Shown here: positions 28,571 to 46,079 of the stretch, piece after piece
Layout of the letters: each line of letters begins with the position of its first letter
Numbering within the stretch: the first letter of the stretch is position 1
NCBI RefSeq assembly: GCF_009914755.1
Contig: NC_060927.1
DNA length: 64,000 nucleotides
Strand: one strand, 5' to 3'
Source: the human T2T-CHM13v2.0 reference genome, Homo sapiens
The notes under the pieces: generated by a model
Told to the model about the DNA's origin: nothing
Databases searched by the model: none
Seen by the model: only the letters and a program-made list of their open reading frames with translations
Made by a program: the position numbers and the translations under genes

Positions 28571-28729
28571 AGCTAACCCTGGGACAATCAGCAATAATCA
28601 CTTCAAAGTATTAACAAGAGCTACATTGACTAACCATATAAAGATTTGTAAAATAAAGTTTAAGAATAATTAAACTTAAGTTGACTTTCACTTTACTTTT
28701 TGTATTTTAATCAAAATTATAACATTTAA

Positions 28730-29282
28730 TTATATTAAATTTATATTAAATGTAAATTTAATATATTTATATTAAATTTATATTAAATGTAAATTTAATA
28801 TATTTATATTAAATTTATATTAAATGTAAATTTAATATATTTATATTAAATTTATATTAAATGTAAATTTAATATATTTATATTAAATTTATATTAAATG
28901 TAAATTTAATATATTTATATTAAATTTATATTAAATGTAAATTTAATATATTTATATTAAATTTATATTAAATGTAAATTTAATATATTTATATTAAATT
29001 TATATTAAATGTAAATTTAATATATTTATATTAAATTTATATTAAATGTAAATTTAATATATTTATATTAAATTTATATTAAATGTAAATTTAATATATT
29101 TATATTAAATTTATATTAAATGTAAATTTAATATATTTATATTAAATGTAAAATTAATATATTTATATTAAATGTAAATTTAATTATATTATTTTACATT
29201 ATATTAAAATTTAATATATTTATATTAAATGTAAAATTAATTTTATTAAATATATATTAAATGTAAAATTAAATTTATACAT
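28730..29282. repeat. AT-rich 37-bp minisatellite (~11 copies, then degenerate 26-bp units)
   Basis: The single G per unit recurs every 37 bp from 28752 to 29122, then at 29148 and 29174. Confidence 0.97.
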
Positions 29283-32200
29283 TTTCCTGCACCAACAGGA
29301 ATTTTCAATCCTCCAAGATATTTAAGTTTTGTTTAAATGAAATAATAAGGAACATCTGGTTATTCTTGACTCATGGCATTTCAATATTACCACACAAAAT
29401 TATCCAACGTTTTGGCAAGTTCTGTTTTTTAATGAGCTTTATTATTTTAAAGTACATTATTCATGAAGAATGTTATAAGTAAAATGTTATTTGTCTCATT
29501 TTCAAAAAATTCAACTCAAACGAAAAATATTTAGGTCTACTGGAGAAGTTTAATTCAATTAGAGAACAATTTAGGATATTCCTAGTACATACGTAAATTA
29601 CCTTATTTTGATCTTCTGAGCAACAAGTGACCTCAAGTTGTAAAAAAAAATAATAATAATAAGCAAAAAAGCGAGAATAAAAATTTTAGACCCTAAACAA
29701 CAGGGACACGTTTTAAATGTGTCTCTCAAAGGATACATTATTTTACTTTTGCTTTAAATAAACAAATCATGACTTAAGTCATGACTTAAGACTTGTGAAT
29801 TTGAACATTTTTCCAAAGGAAGTGAAAAAAATAACTTGAACTTTTTTACTTACTTTATGTATTCTATAAGTTTCTGCAAAATGTTAACTCCATTTTTTTG
29901 AAATTAAAATAACCTCTAAACTATTTTGTTGGATATATCTGAAATTTGGATGCATGAGTAACTTTTTACATTATGAAAAGAAAAAAGTTCATGGTTGCTG
30001 CAGCAATGGCATGTATTTTATAAACAACCCAGTGCCTTTCTCTTTAAATTGCTAGCAACTGTTATCTTCCCTCTTAATGATAGTTTCAGATATCTTGGGA
30101 TTTGTCATTAAAGTATTGCTACCAGGTGACATCTATTGTTATATGTTGAGAAAATGAAGAGAATTTTACTTACATATTTGTTTCTTGTTTGCCCCAAAGA
30201 GTTAATCACTAAAAATCATAGGTGAGCCTATTCTCTGATGATTTGTGTCTCAATTTTCCAAATTGTTCCAGAGAAGACTCTAAAAGATTGACAGCTTGCT
30301 AGAGTAAGTGGCTAAATTCCTTGGAATTACTTAGGAAAAAAAGAGAACCTCTTGTTAAGTCATATTAAGTACACTAAATTACTATTTTAAAAATATTTAA
30401 AGAGAAAACTGTCACCAAAATTTTAACTACTTTAAATTCTCATCCATAATGGAAATAATGTTACTATTTTTAAAAAAAATTTTTCTTACATTTTCCAGAA
30501 TGAATCATTGAAACTATCAATGATTGTATAATGAGTTTAAATTATTCTAATTCATTACTATGTTCCAAAAGTGTTATAATGCAAAAATTTGTTCTAATAC
30601 AATTATGTTGTATTAATTTCTAAGGCAATATCGAACAGTGCTACGCTTCTAATCCATGACTTCTTTTTATTAAAGTGTTACCAAAAAAGATCATTTTTCC
30701 CACCTTTGGAACACTGCTATTTCAGGACTTAAACATAACTTTAATTACTTAAGCCTGGTGGAGCAGGAGTTGCTGAGGGAGGGAAATGTTGCTGAATTAG
30801 AACTTGAACTGGAGTCAAGAGTTAATCATTTTTAGAAATTGTGTTGGCTTTTTAATGGTGCTTGGTTGAAACTGCCAGAAGCACATTTCCATCTTAACCC
30901 CATCCGGGAACATTGGTTTATGACTAAATCATAAGTGCCAGATAATGAGCAGTGAGCATAAATACCGATTCTGCCTTTACTTTGCTATTTTTATGCTGAG
31001 ATATCTTTCTAATAAAGGGAAGTTGATCCTCTTATCCTGTGGATGCTATGGAGAAAACTCAGCTGTTAGTGCCGTTACGTGAAAATACCACTGATCAAGA
31101 CTGCTTATACTTGGCAGCTGGGCAAAGGGAATAGGATGTTTGTTTTGTTTGGTTTGTTTTTGTTATTTTAGCTTTAGAAAAAGACAGGGAAAGTAAATTG
31201 CATAACTCATTACAAAATCTAAACTTCAAAAAACTGAGCTAGCAATAGAAGAAGCAGCCAGTTAGGGGTCATAAATCGGAAGTTTGAACTGAAACTAAAA
31301 GAGTAGGACTTATAAATTCAATCAAAACGGCAAGGGACATAACACTGATTTGTAAATCTGTCACTTTTTATCCTTAAGGTGCAAGAAAGATTTTAAATCA
31401 AAAATATTTTCTGTTTAGACTGTATTGGCATTATTAGTGACTCTCGGATTTTGTAAATCTGATAATCTTGTAAATATAGCAAAATGTTTGAAAATGTATA
31501 ACAATTTTGTGTAATTTATAAGGCTATTCTGAGGAATGTAAGCTTTTTTGTTTATAGATTGCTTTCTTCAAATTATCAGGTTCAAACTCAAGATTTATCA
31601 TCTTAGATGTCCTCAGTTATATGTTATATTACCCAAGCCATAGTTATTTTATGAGGAATATTAATGAGTTTTATTAGAATAGATGTAATCTTTCATATTG
31701 AGCCTAGATCTGCTCTTGCAAGGTTATTTCCCTCTTAATATTTATTTCCCTTTTTATTGTCTGCTCTATCTCCAGCTGACTCACTTCTGTCATCTTTATC
31801 TTACCTATACAGAATATCTTTTTAACAGGCAGAGTAATTTATATCCTCTCTTGTGAGAATAAAACTTTTGTACAAGTCTAAACAGTTTTACAGCATCTTC
31901 ACATTGCAAAAACATCTGATTTTCAATTGGACATTGCTTTGCCTGCCAAATTAAGGGAGAGTCAGAGCATCATCTTCAAACTAAATGGAGATCAATAGCT
32001 ATATAATATTATTCATGTAAAAACAATCTTTCTGCCCTTTTATCAGTTATAAGAATTTATTTTTAAGTTAGTTTTGTCAAGGCTTTATGTTGATAGATCT
32101 ATGTATCAGCACAACCATAGAGTCTTTGGAGTAGAACTGGACCTTAAATTTCAACTGGCTTTAAATATTAAAAACTTTTTTTTTGTATTTTTTGTGTGTA

Positions 32201-32849
32201 AATTTGACAAAATCACTAAAATGATTTTAACTTAATGTGCTTTTTTTCAATTATAAGGTATTCAGAAGATTCAGAATTCTAAAGTTACTGACAAGAAAAC
32301 TGTGAACAATTTCCTCATGTTTATGTTCCCTGATAACACAATTCCTCTCCTTATGGAAACCAATGTTCCCAATACCTTCTGATAGATTCTCACTATAAAA
32401 ATTTCAATCAACCCAAAGGAATATAAAGACTAAAAATTTTAAAAGTTAAACAAATCCCAACTTCCCAACTATTATTAATATTTGTGAATAAGATTTTAAT
32501 AATCTCTCCATGCATATAGGCAGGTGGAAAATAGAGATAGATAAATATATAGACATTTTAATAAAATAGTATTTACATATTATATTAAGAAGAGTTATAT
32601 TTATTTTTGCTTCATTGTAAGATACATTGGTTTTCAAAGATCCCTATAATGTTATGAAAATTTAGAAATCCTGAAAAAATGGAGATCCTAGATTCATTAT
32701 GCTCTTTTTGCTGTGTTCCAATTTGATAGCATTCATTAACTCCCTGCTTCGTAAGGTGTTAAAAATAGCATACTCACTACATCCTCCTCTGAATCCCAAA
32801 CCCTAATTTCTAGTATTTATTTTTTGTTATTTGTATTATCAAAGATTAA

Positions 32850-33209
<360 letters not shown>

Positions 33210-33409
33210 GACAGTTTGTTTTTAAAATTGAGATGGATTCTCTACTTACCACCAGTTTTACTACCACATTTTCATTTTTGAGTGTTTCATTTTAATTAAC
33301 TTCTTATTGGGTTGGATCATTTTTTGAATCACTTTTGTTTTTATGTTTAAAAATGAGGATCATTTAAGTTTTACATGATGTCATATTTGTAAAATAAAGT
33401 AAAAAAAAG

Positions 33410-35620
<2,211 letters not shown>

Positions 35621-35729
35621 ATAAATAAGGTTTATTTTTATTCTTTAAAAAAGAGTTTATATTTACCTTTGTCTTTAAACCCTTGCATACTTGAAGGGGC
35701 CTGTCTGTTGCCTTAAAAGATAAAGGACT

Positions 35730-36075
<346 letters not shown>

Positions 36076-36123
36076 TTAAAATTTTAACCTGTATTTTTTT
36101 GGTGGCTGATAAATAGTATAATG

Positions 36124-36125
<2 letters not shown>

Positions 36126-36165
<40 letters not shown>
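36126..36165. repeat. (GT)20 microsatellite
   Basis: Direct reading. Confidence 0.97.
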
Positions 36166-36166
<1 letters not shown>

Positions 36167-37062
36167 TCGTTTATAGTGGGGTCACATAGATAGAAATATA
36201 GATCTTAGAGAACCAAAAATAGCTCATTGGTAATTTATCCTTCATTACCCCATCTTTTCAACCCCCTCCAGGGACTCCTTCATCTAATTCTCTAGGAACT
36301 GTAGCTCATTAAACCTGTGAACTTGTTTTACAAAAAAATCAATAGAGTATTTTGTAAACTCACAAATATTTGAGTTGCCTTGTGTATATATTTTTAATAG
36401 CAACAAGGCTGTTCTTCATAGGCAAAGTGAAGTGAAGGAGCGAGTTTATGAATTTAATGATTATAGATGGCCAATCTGAATAGTTCAAGCAAACATTATC
36501 TCTTACACAGTAGAAAAATTTTCTGCTTGAATTACTCTGACAATTGCCTCAGGTCTCCACTTTACCTGAGTAGGCAGTCTTCAGCTGTCTCTATATAATC
36601 ATAGTTAAATTAGACTTGACTGAAAGACTTAGCCCTCTCAGGAATTTTATGGGAAATTTGGAAGATTCAAAGGGTTAGGCAGAGCCTTGTAGCTGGGCCA
36701 CTAAAGAACAAAGTGACAGCATTTTTGTAGTTTCAATTAAGGTGTATGTTCTCATGTCAGAGGTTAAGTTTTCTTTTTTGTTCTGTCTCTTAAAAATGTA
36801 TATTTTATCATTGAAAATACAAACAGGAATATCTTTTAGCAGGGAACACAATATTCTGCCTATTCAATATTCAGATATTTTGATATCTGACAACATAAAA
36901 ATGAGTTCAAGTAAAAAATAGTGGTTCATTGCCCTCTCCTGTCCCCTGAACCCAGTAACATGGTACTGTGTACTTATGACCTTGGATATCATTTGACAAT
37001 GAGAAACACAACAGGGACTGTAAGAGGAATCCTTCAGAGTCAGCAATAAGAATGTTGTGCTA

Positions 37063-37940
37063 CATGCACACGTATGTTTATTGTGGCACTATTCACAATA
37101 GCAAAGACTTGGAACCAACCCAGATGTCCATCAGTGATAGACTGGATTAAGAAAATGTGGCACAGATACACCATGGAATACTATGCAGCCATAAAAAATG
37201 ATGAGTTCATGTCCTTTTTAGGGACATGGATGAAGCTGGAAACCATCATTCTGAGCAAACTATCGCAAGGACAGAAAACTAAACACCGCATGTTCTCAAT
37301 CATAGGTGGGAATTGAACAATGAGAACACTTGGACACAGGGTGGGGAACATCACACACCAGGGCCTGTCGTGGGGTGGGGGGAGAGGTGAGGGATAGCAT
37401 TAGGAGATATATCTAATGTAAATGATGAGTTAATGGGTGCAGCACACCAACATGGCACATGTATACATATGTAACAAACCTGCATGTTGTGCACATGTTT
37501 CACTTGCATCCATGTGAAGAGACCACCAAACAGGCTTTGTGTGAGCAACAAGGCTGTTCATTTCACCTGGGTGCAGGCGGGCTGAGTCCAAAAAGAGAGT
37601 CAGCAAAGGGAGACAGGGATGGGGCCCTTTTATAGGATTTGGGTAGGTAAAGGAAAATTCAGTCAAAGGGGGTTGTTCTCTAGCTGGTAGGGGTGGGGGT
37701 CACAAGGTGCTCAGTGGGGGAGCTTTTGAGCCAGGATGAGCCAGGAGAAGGAATTTCACAAGGTAATGTCATCAGTTAAGGCAGGAATAGGCCATTTTCA
37801 CTTCTTTTGTGATTCTTCAGTTACTTCAGGCCATCTGGATGTATACCTGCAGGTCACGGGATATGATGGCTTAGCTTGGGCTCAGAGGCCTGACAACATG
37901 TACCCTAGAACTTAAAGTATAGTTAAAAAAAAAAAAAAAA
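37063..37940 (+). mobile_element. 5'-truncated L1PA (L1PA4/5-like) 3' end with poly-A, interrupted by LTR7
   Basis: ORF2 end MFIVALFTIAKTWNQPRCPS...IGGN; TSD AAGAATGTT(G/A)TGCTA at 37048-37062 and 37940-37954. Confidence 0.95.
37498..37895 (-). mobile_element. Solo HERV-H LTR (LTR7 family)
   Basis: Minus strand starts TGTCAGGCCTCTGAGCCCAAGCTAAGCCATC and ends TCTCTTCACATGGATGCAAGTGAAA; 5-bp TSD ACATG at 37493-37497 and 37896-37900. Confidence 0.96.
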
Positions 37941-39169
37941 AGAATGTTATGCTAAATGTCTGTTACTATGGGTTTTAGTTATTGTTTTTGGAGAAATGCA
38001 TTTGATGAAACTCAACTGCCTTTAGAAAAAGTAGTGATATTTGATATATAGGCTAATGGCTGATAAATGAATGATTCTAAAGTAAGAAAGAAAATTACAG
38101 CAATAAAATGTGATTTTTATCATCTAAACTCTATTTTTGCTCTTCTGTATAGTCTTCTTGAGAATGAACTTGAATCATTGTAGTATGGAATTACTTGTGA
38201 ATTGGAGCAGAATATAGTTGTGTGTGTGCCATTGCATATCTGCTTATTTTAACTTAGGGTTTAATTCTATAGTTCTTTTTAGCAATCTTAATTAGAATAC
38301 CATAGTCCTGAGTCAAACCAGTCAATACGAAATCTGTTTTACCCGTGATAAACAAATGACTAGCTGGTATTAATATCAGCAGCTGCTGTGCCTGAGAAGT
38401 GAAAGAAGGCTATATTTGCTAGTGATTTTCTTACCATGAAAATTGCTTATGTCATGCATTTCAGAGACTCAATCTGAGCAAAAATTTCTCAGTGAAGAGT
38501 ATAACAAATAAGCAGAAATAGAATTTAGAACTTGAGCTCAGACAACTCAAGATGGTACAGTATAGAATCAACTTGATAGGAAAAAGAAGGTGAGAAAAAA
38601 AGGATGCCGTCACATATTTTCATCTGCCTGAAAAAGGGGAAAAAAAAGTTGAGGAAAAAAGATTCTCCTTACCTTAGGATGAAATTTTCACTAATGGTAC
38701 CAAACCTTTGAGAGCTTTGAATAACTCAGAGTGCCCTGAGGTTGACAGCGATTCCTTAAAATGTTACAGGTTCAGAGGTATTTTAACCGTAATATCCCAT
38801 TTCTGGAAAGCCTTGCTCTTTTGATTGTTTAGTATCTTTAAGATACCTTTCATTGTTACACATAAAAATATTCCATGGTGATTTTGACTGCATAGGAAAT
38901 GTCTAATGTTTCAGTGAATAGATTTTGTTTCCTATTTGGGAGCTCTCAAAAATAATGTGTATGTGCTTTCCATTGATTTATTTACTTGTTCTAGCACTAT
39001 GCTAGGCACTGAAGTATCAAAAATGTTATTTCCTTGAAGAATCAAGGTCTAATATCAGTGATAGATGGGTATATACACATTGAAAGTCAAACAAGTAAAT
39101 GATAATAGAGATTTAGACCATGTTAAAGGAGAACAAATTGTTTATTAGCTGGCTTCATTTTTTAAAATA

Positions 39170-39400
39170 ATATTTTTCAGCCTTAACCTAGCTTCAGGCA
39201 GTGTTATATGCTGTACATCCTTGATCCCATTTAGTCCTTATAAGACTCTTATGAGACAGATATCACTGATATACTCATAGTACAGATAAGCAAACTGAAG
39301 TTAAAAAGGGCTGCATTTCTGAGCCAAGGCCAAGCATGCATCCAGTGACTGTCCAAACCTGAATTTACCTACAGACCTGTTGCATTCTTAGTAACTAGCT
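39170..39400 (-). mobile_element. MIR
   Basis: CATTTAGTCCTTATAAGACTCTTATGAG...TACAGATAAGCAAACTGAAG. Confidence 0.6.
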
Positions 39401-39478
39401 TAAATTTCTTCCATATGCAAGAATCATATTATGTGACATACAAGTATCAGTGAATGTTCAGTTAAAAACATCCTTTAA

Positions 39479-39814
<336 letters not shown>

Positions 39815-42800
39815 TCATTCTCTATTTGTATCATCTACTTTTTTACATTTTAGTAATATTCTATCACACAATAGAATCAAGAAGTGGTTATTGACAAGAT
39901 TTTAAAAATAAATACCAAATATTTACAAAATAAGTACAGTATAATGCATACTCGATATTTAAAGTCAAGTTCTTGCAGTCTGAATGTTTATATGCTCAAT
40001 GGCTCAGAAATCTCTTTTATTACATTCTTCATGGTATCTCTAATTTAAACTAAATAACTAGTTTAGTTCAAACCACTGTTGTACTTTCTAAATTTAAGCG
40101 TGACTGTTTTAAAACCACATAAGCTAACAAGTGATCTATAGTAATTCTTGTCCAAAACTTGTATGCATTTTTACTATAAAGCCTTAAAAATCATACGCAT
40201 GTATTAATATCCTTTCTTAGATGAATCTAAAAGAAGTGTTGCAAAAACATTTGATATTTTTGTTCAAAATGGCTGTTTTGATTCTTTGAAGAACACTCTT
40301 TATTCCAAACACAAAACAAGGGTTAAACTATGAAAACAGACAACTGAAGAGTAATACCAATACAGGCAATGGCAATGAAGAGTTTATTTCTTGTACAGTG
40401 TAAATAAATGTCTGAAAAATGCAGCTGTCTTAATGGAGATCAAAATCTGACTCAATGCTTGAAGACAGGGGCTGATGTAGAGCTTTGCTGAATGTGAAAT
40501 TAGGTTAAAAAGTCAAGCCCAATTTTTCTTTTAAAAAATCAGTATCAATTTCTACCTGTAACTATAGTCTAAATAATAAACTGTAAACCTAAAGAAGTTA
40601 GTAACTAAACCAAATTATTTGTTGGTTATAGGTTAAATGTTTTCAAGATTACTGTTTCTAATAACTTCATGGTACAAGAGTGCCAAAATCCCATTATAAC
40701 TTCAGTTCAGAGTTGTGTGTCACCAATCATAATACTACTGGATGATTCTAAAGAGGAGACACTACAAAGAGAGAGAAAAATAAAACAAAATCTTTGCACA
40801 CAAATGAATTTCAACCTGCAAACCCAAATTCCAAATAAGAAGTCATCTAATTATAAGAAAGATAGCCAAAATACATTTAGAATATAAATTCTATGTAGAA
40901 AAAATTGTTATAAAATTTTATAACATATGTGTTTATTCTAAATTTAAGAAATAAGAATAGATTAAAAGTAGATAGAAAAAATACTTTAAAACTTGGGAAT
41001 AAAAATCTAGTTATTGAAATTTGAAAAATGGAATAATATTGCATTTGAAAAGATACAGCTGCAGAAAGAATTAATGAATTGGAGGTTAGCACTGAGGAAT
41101 AATCCACAATACAGTGCTGAGAGATGAAGAAATAATAAATATGAAAGAGCAGCTACTGAAGATTGTAAAACAGATTGAGGAACTCTAATATTTACACAAA
41201 ACAAATATCAGAAAAAGAGAGAATTGAGACAATGGCAGAAATGTAGTGTTTGAAAATGTGACACAAAAAGAATTTAAAGGTGACATTTTTGAAATCAATG
41301 CATAGCCCCTTAAACAACTTATTTTATAGTCAGTATTTGTTATTTTTGGTTTAATTCTTTTTTTCAATTTTATAGACATGTTTACACTTGTCCTTGAACT
41401 ATAGGCATATGAATTAGAAATGCATTTATTCATATTTCTCTAATTTTCAATTGCTTGCTATAATACTTATCATTAAAACTTCAGGAAACATTCTTATTCT
41501 TTTATAAAAAAGTTACAGTTTGTTTAGCCTATCTGACATAACTGTATAAAATGAAAATGTCATACCCTTGGGGAAACATATAACAAAATTAAAAGGAGAG
41601 ATCTCAAAGTAAATCAGTATAAAAGTCAACAAGCTGAACATAACACTCTTGTGTTTGCTGGAATGCAGCTGAATGCAATGTTGATATATGAAACAGAAAA
41701 TTGTGAGAGGTGATACAAGAAACAGAAAATTGTGAGAGGTCTTTAGAAAACAAAATGGAAAGCCTGAAGTATAACCAATGACAATGTCTACATAGCCAAA
41801 TATTTTCAAAACAAAAATAATAATTTAATAATTTATCAGAAATTCATATGGAATACTTGTTTACCAAAGTAAAAATTTATTTTAAAATTAATTCTTCCCA
41901 TTTTGTGTTAGATTGCGGTTCAATTGTATTTTTCCAGAAAATTTACTAATTTTGGTCAAATTTAGCACATAGGTAAAGATGTTCTTTAACTTAAAGATTC
42001 AGTTTAAAAATTAAGGTTGTGAGGTGTAGGACATAGTCATGTTCTTGGTTCTTTCAAATTAAAACTTGCTTTATCAAAACTAATTTCTATTCAGATTCTT
42101 AAGGTTTTGATATAAGGTTTTATTCTTAAGATTTTAATACATTATATATGTATTTAAGGTAAATGGTAATAGGTATTAAGGTATAATTAGCAAATGGGTG
42201 GGTCTTTGGTTACTGATATATACAAGTTTCTATTTAAAATCTTATTAGTAAATATGTGAAGAATAGAAAGCATTCAGCTCCTTGCCTTGTCCATAGAAAA
42301 CACACAATATATATTATTTGAATAAATGAGTTAAATTTTGTTATTTGTAAGTGGGGCTTTCTTTTAGTTTCTGATTCTTTGTTATTTCATTATGCTGAAA
42401 CATTGTATTGAAGTTAAAAATATATAAGGTGGTAGTCTTTTCCTTCACAGATTTTCCAAAATTTAATGGAATATAATGTAAAGTATAATTACATTACATT
42501 TAACGGAAATAATGTAAAGTATAGCCTACAAGTGAGACAAAGTGTTGAAAAATAAGGAAGAAAAAAGAGTGGAAGATAAGAAAGTAGTATGCAGTCTGGG
42601 TAATATCATAGGACTAAGATGTAAGTTTATTACTGTTTGTTGTAACATTACACACTTGGAAATTAAGATGCATCATCTTATAGTAGAAGCAATTTTATGA
42701 TGAGCTTTTAAACTGTTCTTTAAAGTACTTTTGTAAAGGAGATGCATTATATTGACAGTGTTAAAGAGCCAGCAGACTTTTAGAACATGGCAATCACTTT

Positions 42801-43084
42801 AAAAAAAAAAAAGAATTTACAATAACAACAGCAGCAACAACAAAAATATGCCATGCTGTCTGAGAAGGAAAAGCATTATTTCATTTTGTATAGATTTTTA
42901 AAAAATATCCAAATGGAGCAATGTCAGTATCAAGTTACATCAGATTAATTATCAAAGCCTATAGTTAAGCTATTTTTAACTTAAATAATACCCTTCACAA
43001 TACAAGTCTAATACTCATAATCACATTTCTATCATTTATATTTGTAAAGTGATCATATTAAATCTTATCTCCAAAAGTAGATTA

Positions 43085-43576
<492 letters not shown>

Positions 43577-44057
43577 TTAAAATCTAATTTTTTAATCAAA
43601 TGCACAGTGGAATAAGTAATGTGGTCAGTCAGAGATTATTTGTTGGAAAGTTTTATAGGAGAGGTTTGCATAATTTTAAAATTTAGTGCAGAATTCTCCT
43701 GGCATGGTTAACTCTTGATACCTCACTCCCATATCAAGAGTTCAAGGAGATACATTTGTTCAGCAATTATGTATTAGCTCTTTGGATCCCTCCCATAGCT
43801 CTGAAGGCTCAGGATCCTGATAGGCAAATAGTACCCTCCTTAAGTTCATCAACCCTTTAGGCTTTGCCCACCTCCATCTATGCAGGTCTTAGCCATGCCC
43901 ATCAGCTTTCCTCTGACTCCTAACATCAAGTCCAATTGTAATCTGCCAGAATCTCCAATTTTGTGCTAGTCTGTGTATTTTAGACACATAAATAGTAAAA
44001 TAAATGAGAAATGGTTCTTAACTTTGGTTTGCTTACATTTTATAAAGGAGACACATG

Positions 44058-44093
44058 GTGTCTTAGTGTTCTCAGAGAAATAGAACCAACAGG

Positions 44094-44130
<37 letters not shown>

Positions 44131-44636
44131 CAGTTAAATACATAGAGACAGAGGAAGTGATGGAGAGAAAAAGAGAGAGAGATTTATTACAAGGAATTGG
44201 CTCACATGACTGTGGAGCCAAGCAAGTCCCAAGATCTGCAGGGTGAGTCAGCAAGCTGAAGACCCAGGAGAGCCAATAGTTTATTTTCAATCTGAGTCCA
44301 AAGGAGAGGTGATGGTGTAGTTTCCATCTGAAGGGCAGCAGACTGGAGACCCTGGAAAAGCTGATGTTTCTGTTCAAGTCCAAAGGCAGGAAAAAAGTCA
44401 CTGTCCCAGGACAATGACATTGGTTACGAAAGAATTCTTACTTGAGGAAGAGTCAGTCTTCTTGTTCTATTCAGGCTTTCAACTGATTGTATGAGGCCCA
44501 CCTACATTAGGAAAGGCAATCTGCTTTATTTAGAACACGTTTTAAAATTAACGTCAAAGCACCCAGAATGATGTTTGACCAAATACCTGGGAACTCTGTG
44601 ACCCAGTCAATTTGACACAGCAAACTAACCATCACA
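44058..44636 (-). mobile_element. MLT2B-like ERVL LTR with internal (GT)n
   Basis: TTCTCAGAGAAATAGAACCAACAGGA...AGGAATTGGCTCACATGA...AACCATCACA terminus. Confidence 0.88.
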
Positions 44637-45225
44637 ATGTATAAACAAATAATTGTCCTAACCTCAATTTCTGTATTTGTTGGATTTAGCTGCTTTACCT
44701 CCATAAGATTCTGCCCTATTGTTCTTAAATGTCTAATGGTTCCTCATCCATGAACCCTATTAAAAACTGATTTAAAAATATTTCAGCTGTTGTTATTCTG
44801 TAATAAAATAAGTAGTTGTGGAGATTAGATGATGTCTAACTACTACAAAAGTAACAATGAACAAAATCAATAATTAAGGTTATGTACATTCTTTAATTGT
44901 GAAGTATATTAGCAAGTTAGTTTGAAGAATAACTTTTATGCATTAATTCCACATTTATAGATACAGACCGTCTTTTAAAATATAAGAGAAGCTGTAATCA
45001 AATTTATTTGCAGACTTCAGAAGTGTCTTTTTCAATTGGACATTAAATTTTCAAACATTTAAAAGCAAGCAATTAAATCTAACAATAAGCAAGTACAGAG
45101 ATTTTTAATTAATGTATGTTTTAATGAAATTTTCCTTCTGTGAATATTAGTGGATATTTACATATTTACATACATATTAATACTCTTTTAGGTAAAGAAT
45201 TAAAAGTTCAACTTTTAATTCAATT

Positions 45226-45345
45226 AAATAATGCAATTACATTATTAGCTTTAGATTATTTTCTTCATGAAGATTTATATAACAAATAATGCAATTACAT
45301 TATTAGCTTTAGATTATTTTCTTCGTGAAGATTTATATAACAAAT
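45226..45345. repeat. 58-bp two-copy tandem duplication
   Basis: Copies start at 45226 and 45284; one mismatch (CAT/CGT). Confidence 0.97.
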
Positions 45346-46079
45346 GGTTTCAAACAGCTTCCTTGGTAATGTTTGCTCCATGAAAGTATTAAATATCATT
45401 TTTTCCGTGACTATTTGCAAAATATATTGCTTAAACATATCCTAATTTGAAGGAAGCCCAAGGTCAGGGAGAGGTCATGAAAAAACAGTGGTGAAAATTG
45501 CTACAATTCAATTGCATAGTGTTTGCTATGAACAAGTTATCTTCTATGTTTTCTATACCTACCATCTTATTTAATATCACTCTGTGGCATTTACACTATC
45601 ATTCCCATTTTCAGATGAGAAAACAAATATCAGATGTCAAGTAGCTTGTTTGAGGTACAAAGTTATGAGGGGGCAGAGCCAGAATTTCTATCTCCTTCTA
45701 GATAAATGATTTGCTCTAAGCCAGAGAAAAACTCCCTTTAATAAAGCTATTATAAATTCCTAAATGGTGTCTTAAATGGCAAATTTGACTTTAAACTCAA
45801 TAACAAATTATCTGATATAAATTTTTATAAATAAATCAGGTAATAAAGTGGGTTTTGCAAATTAAGTATTTAGAAATGAGATGTGATTATAATTAATGAA
45901 AATAACTCTCATATATAGATTATGAAGACATTTTCAAAGTAGTTTGTTCCAAAAGTATTTTGAACAATACCAGTATTTTCAATGTAAGTATTATGCCGTT
46001 GTGGCCCAGAGTAATCAATGTACTATTGCTAATATCCACTAAACATGTTATTGTTTATGCATAGCTTTATGAGTAGAAG

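Noticed and set aside
28730-29282. 37-bp periodicity superficially like a CRISPR repeat
   Set aside because: Units are contiguous with no unique spacers, there are no cas genes, and the DNA is primate
29768-29790. 18-bp palindrome TCATGACTTAAGTCATGA
   Set aside because: Explained by a 12-bp tandem slippage of a self-complementary unit
38628-38672. Donor AAG|GTAAGG paired with the acceptor at 38627
   Set aside because: The implied 45-nt intron is too short for normal human splicing
43710-43742. 11-bp stem hairpin AACTCTTGATA/TATCAAGAGTT
   Set aside because: Too short for a pre-miRNA and close to chance expectation in AT-rich DNA
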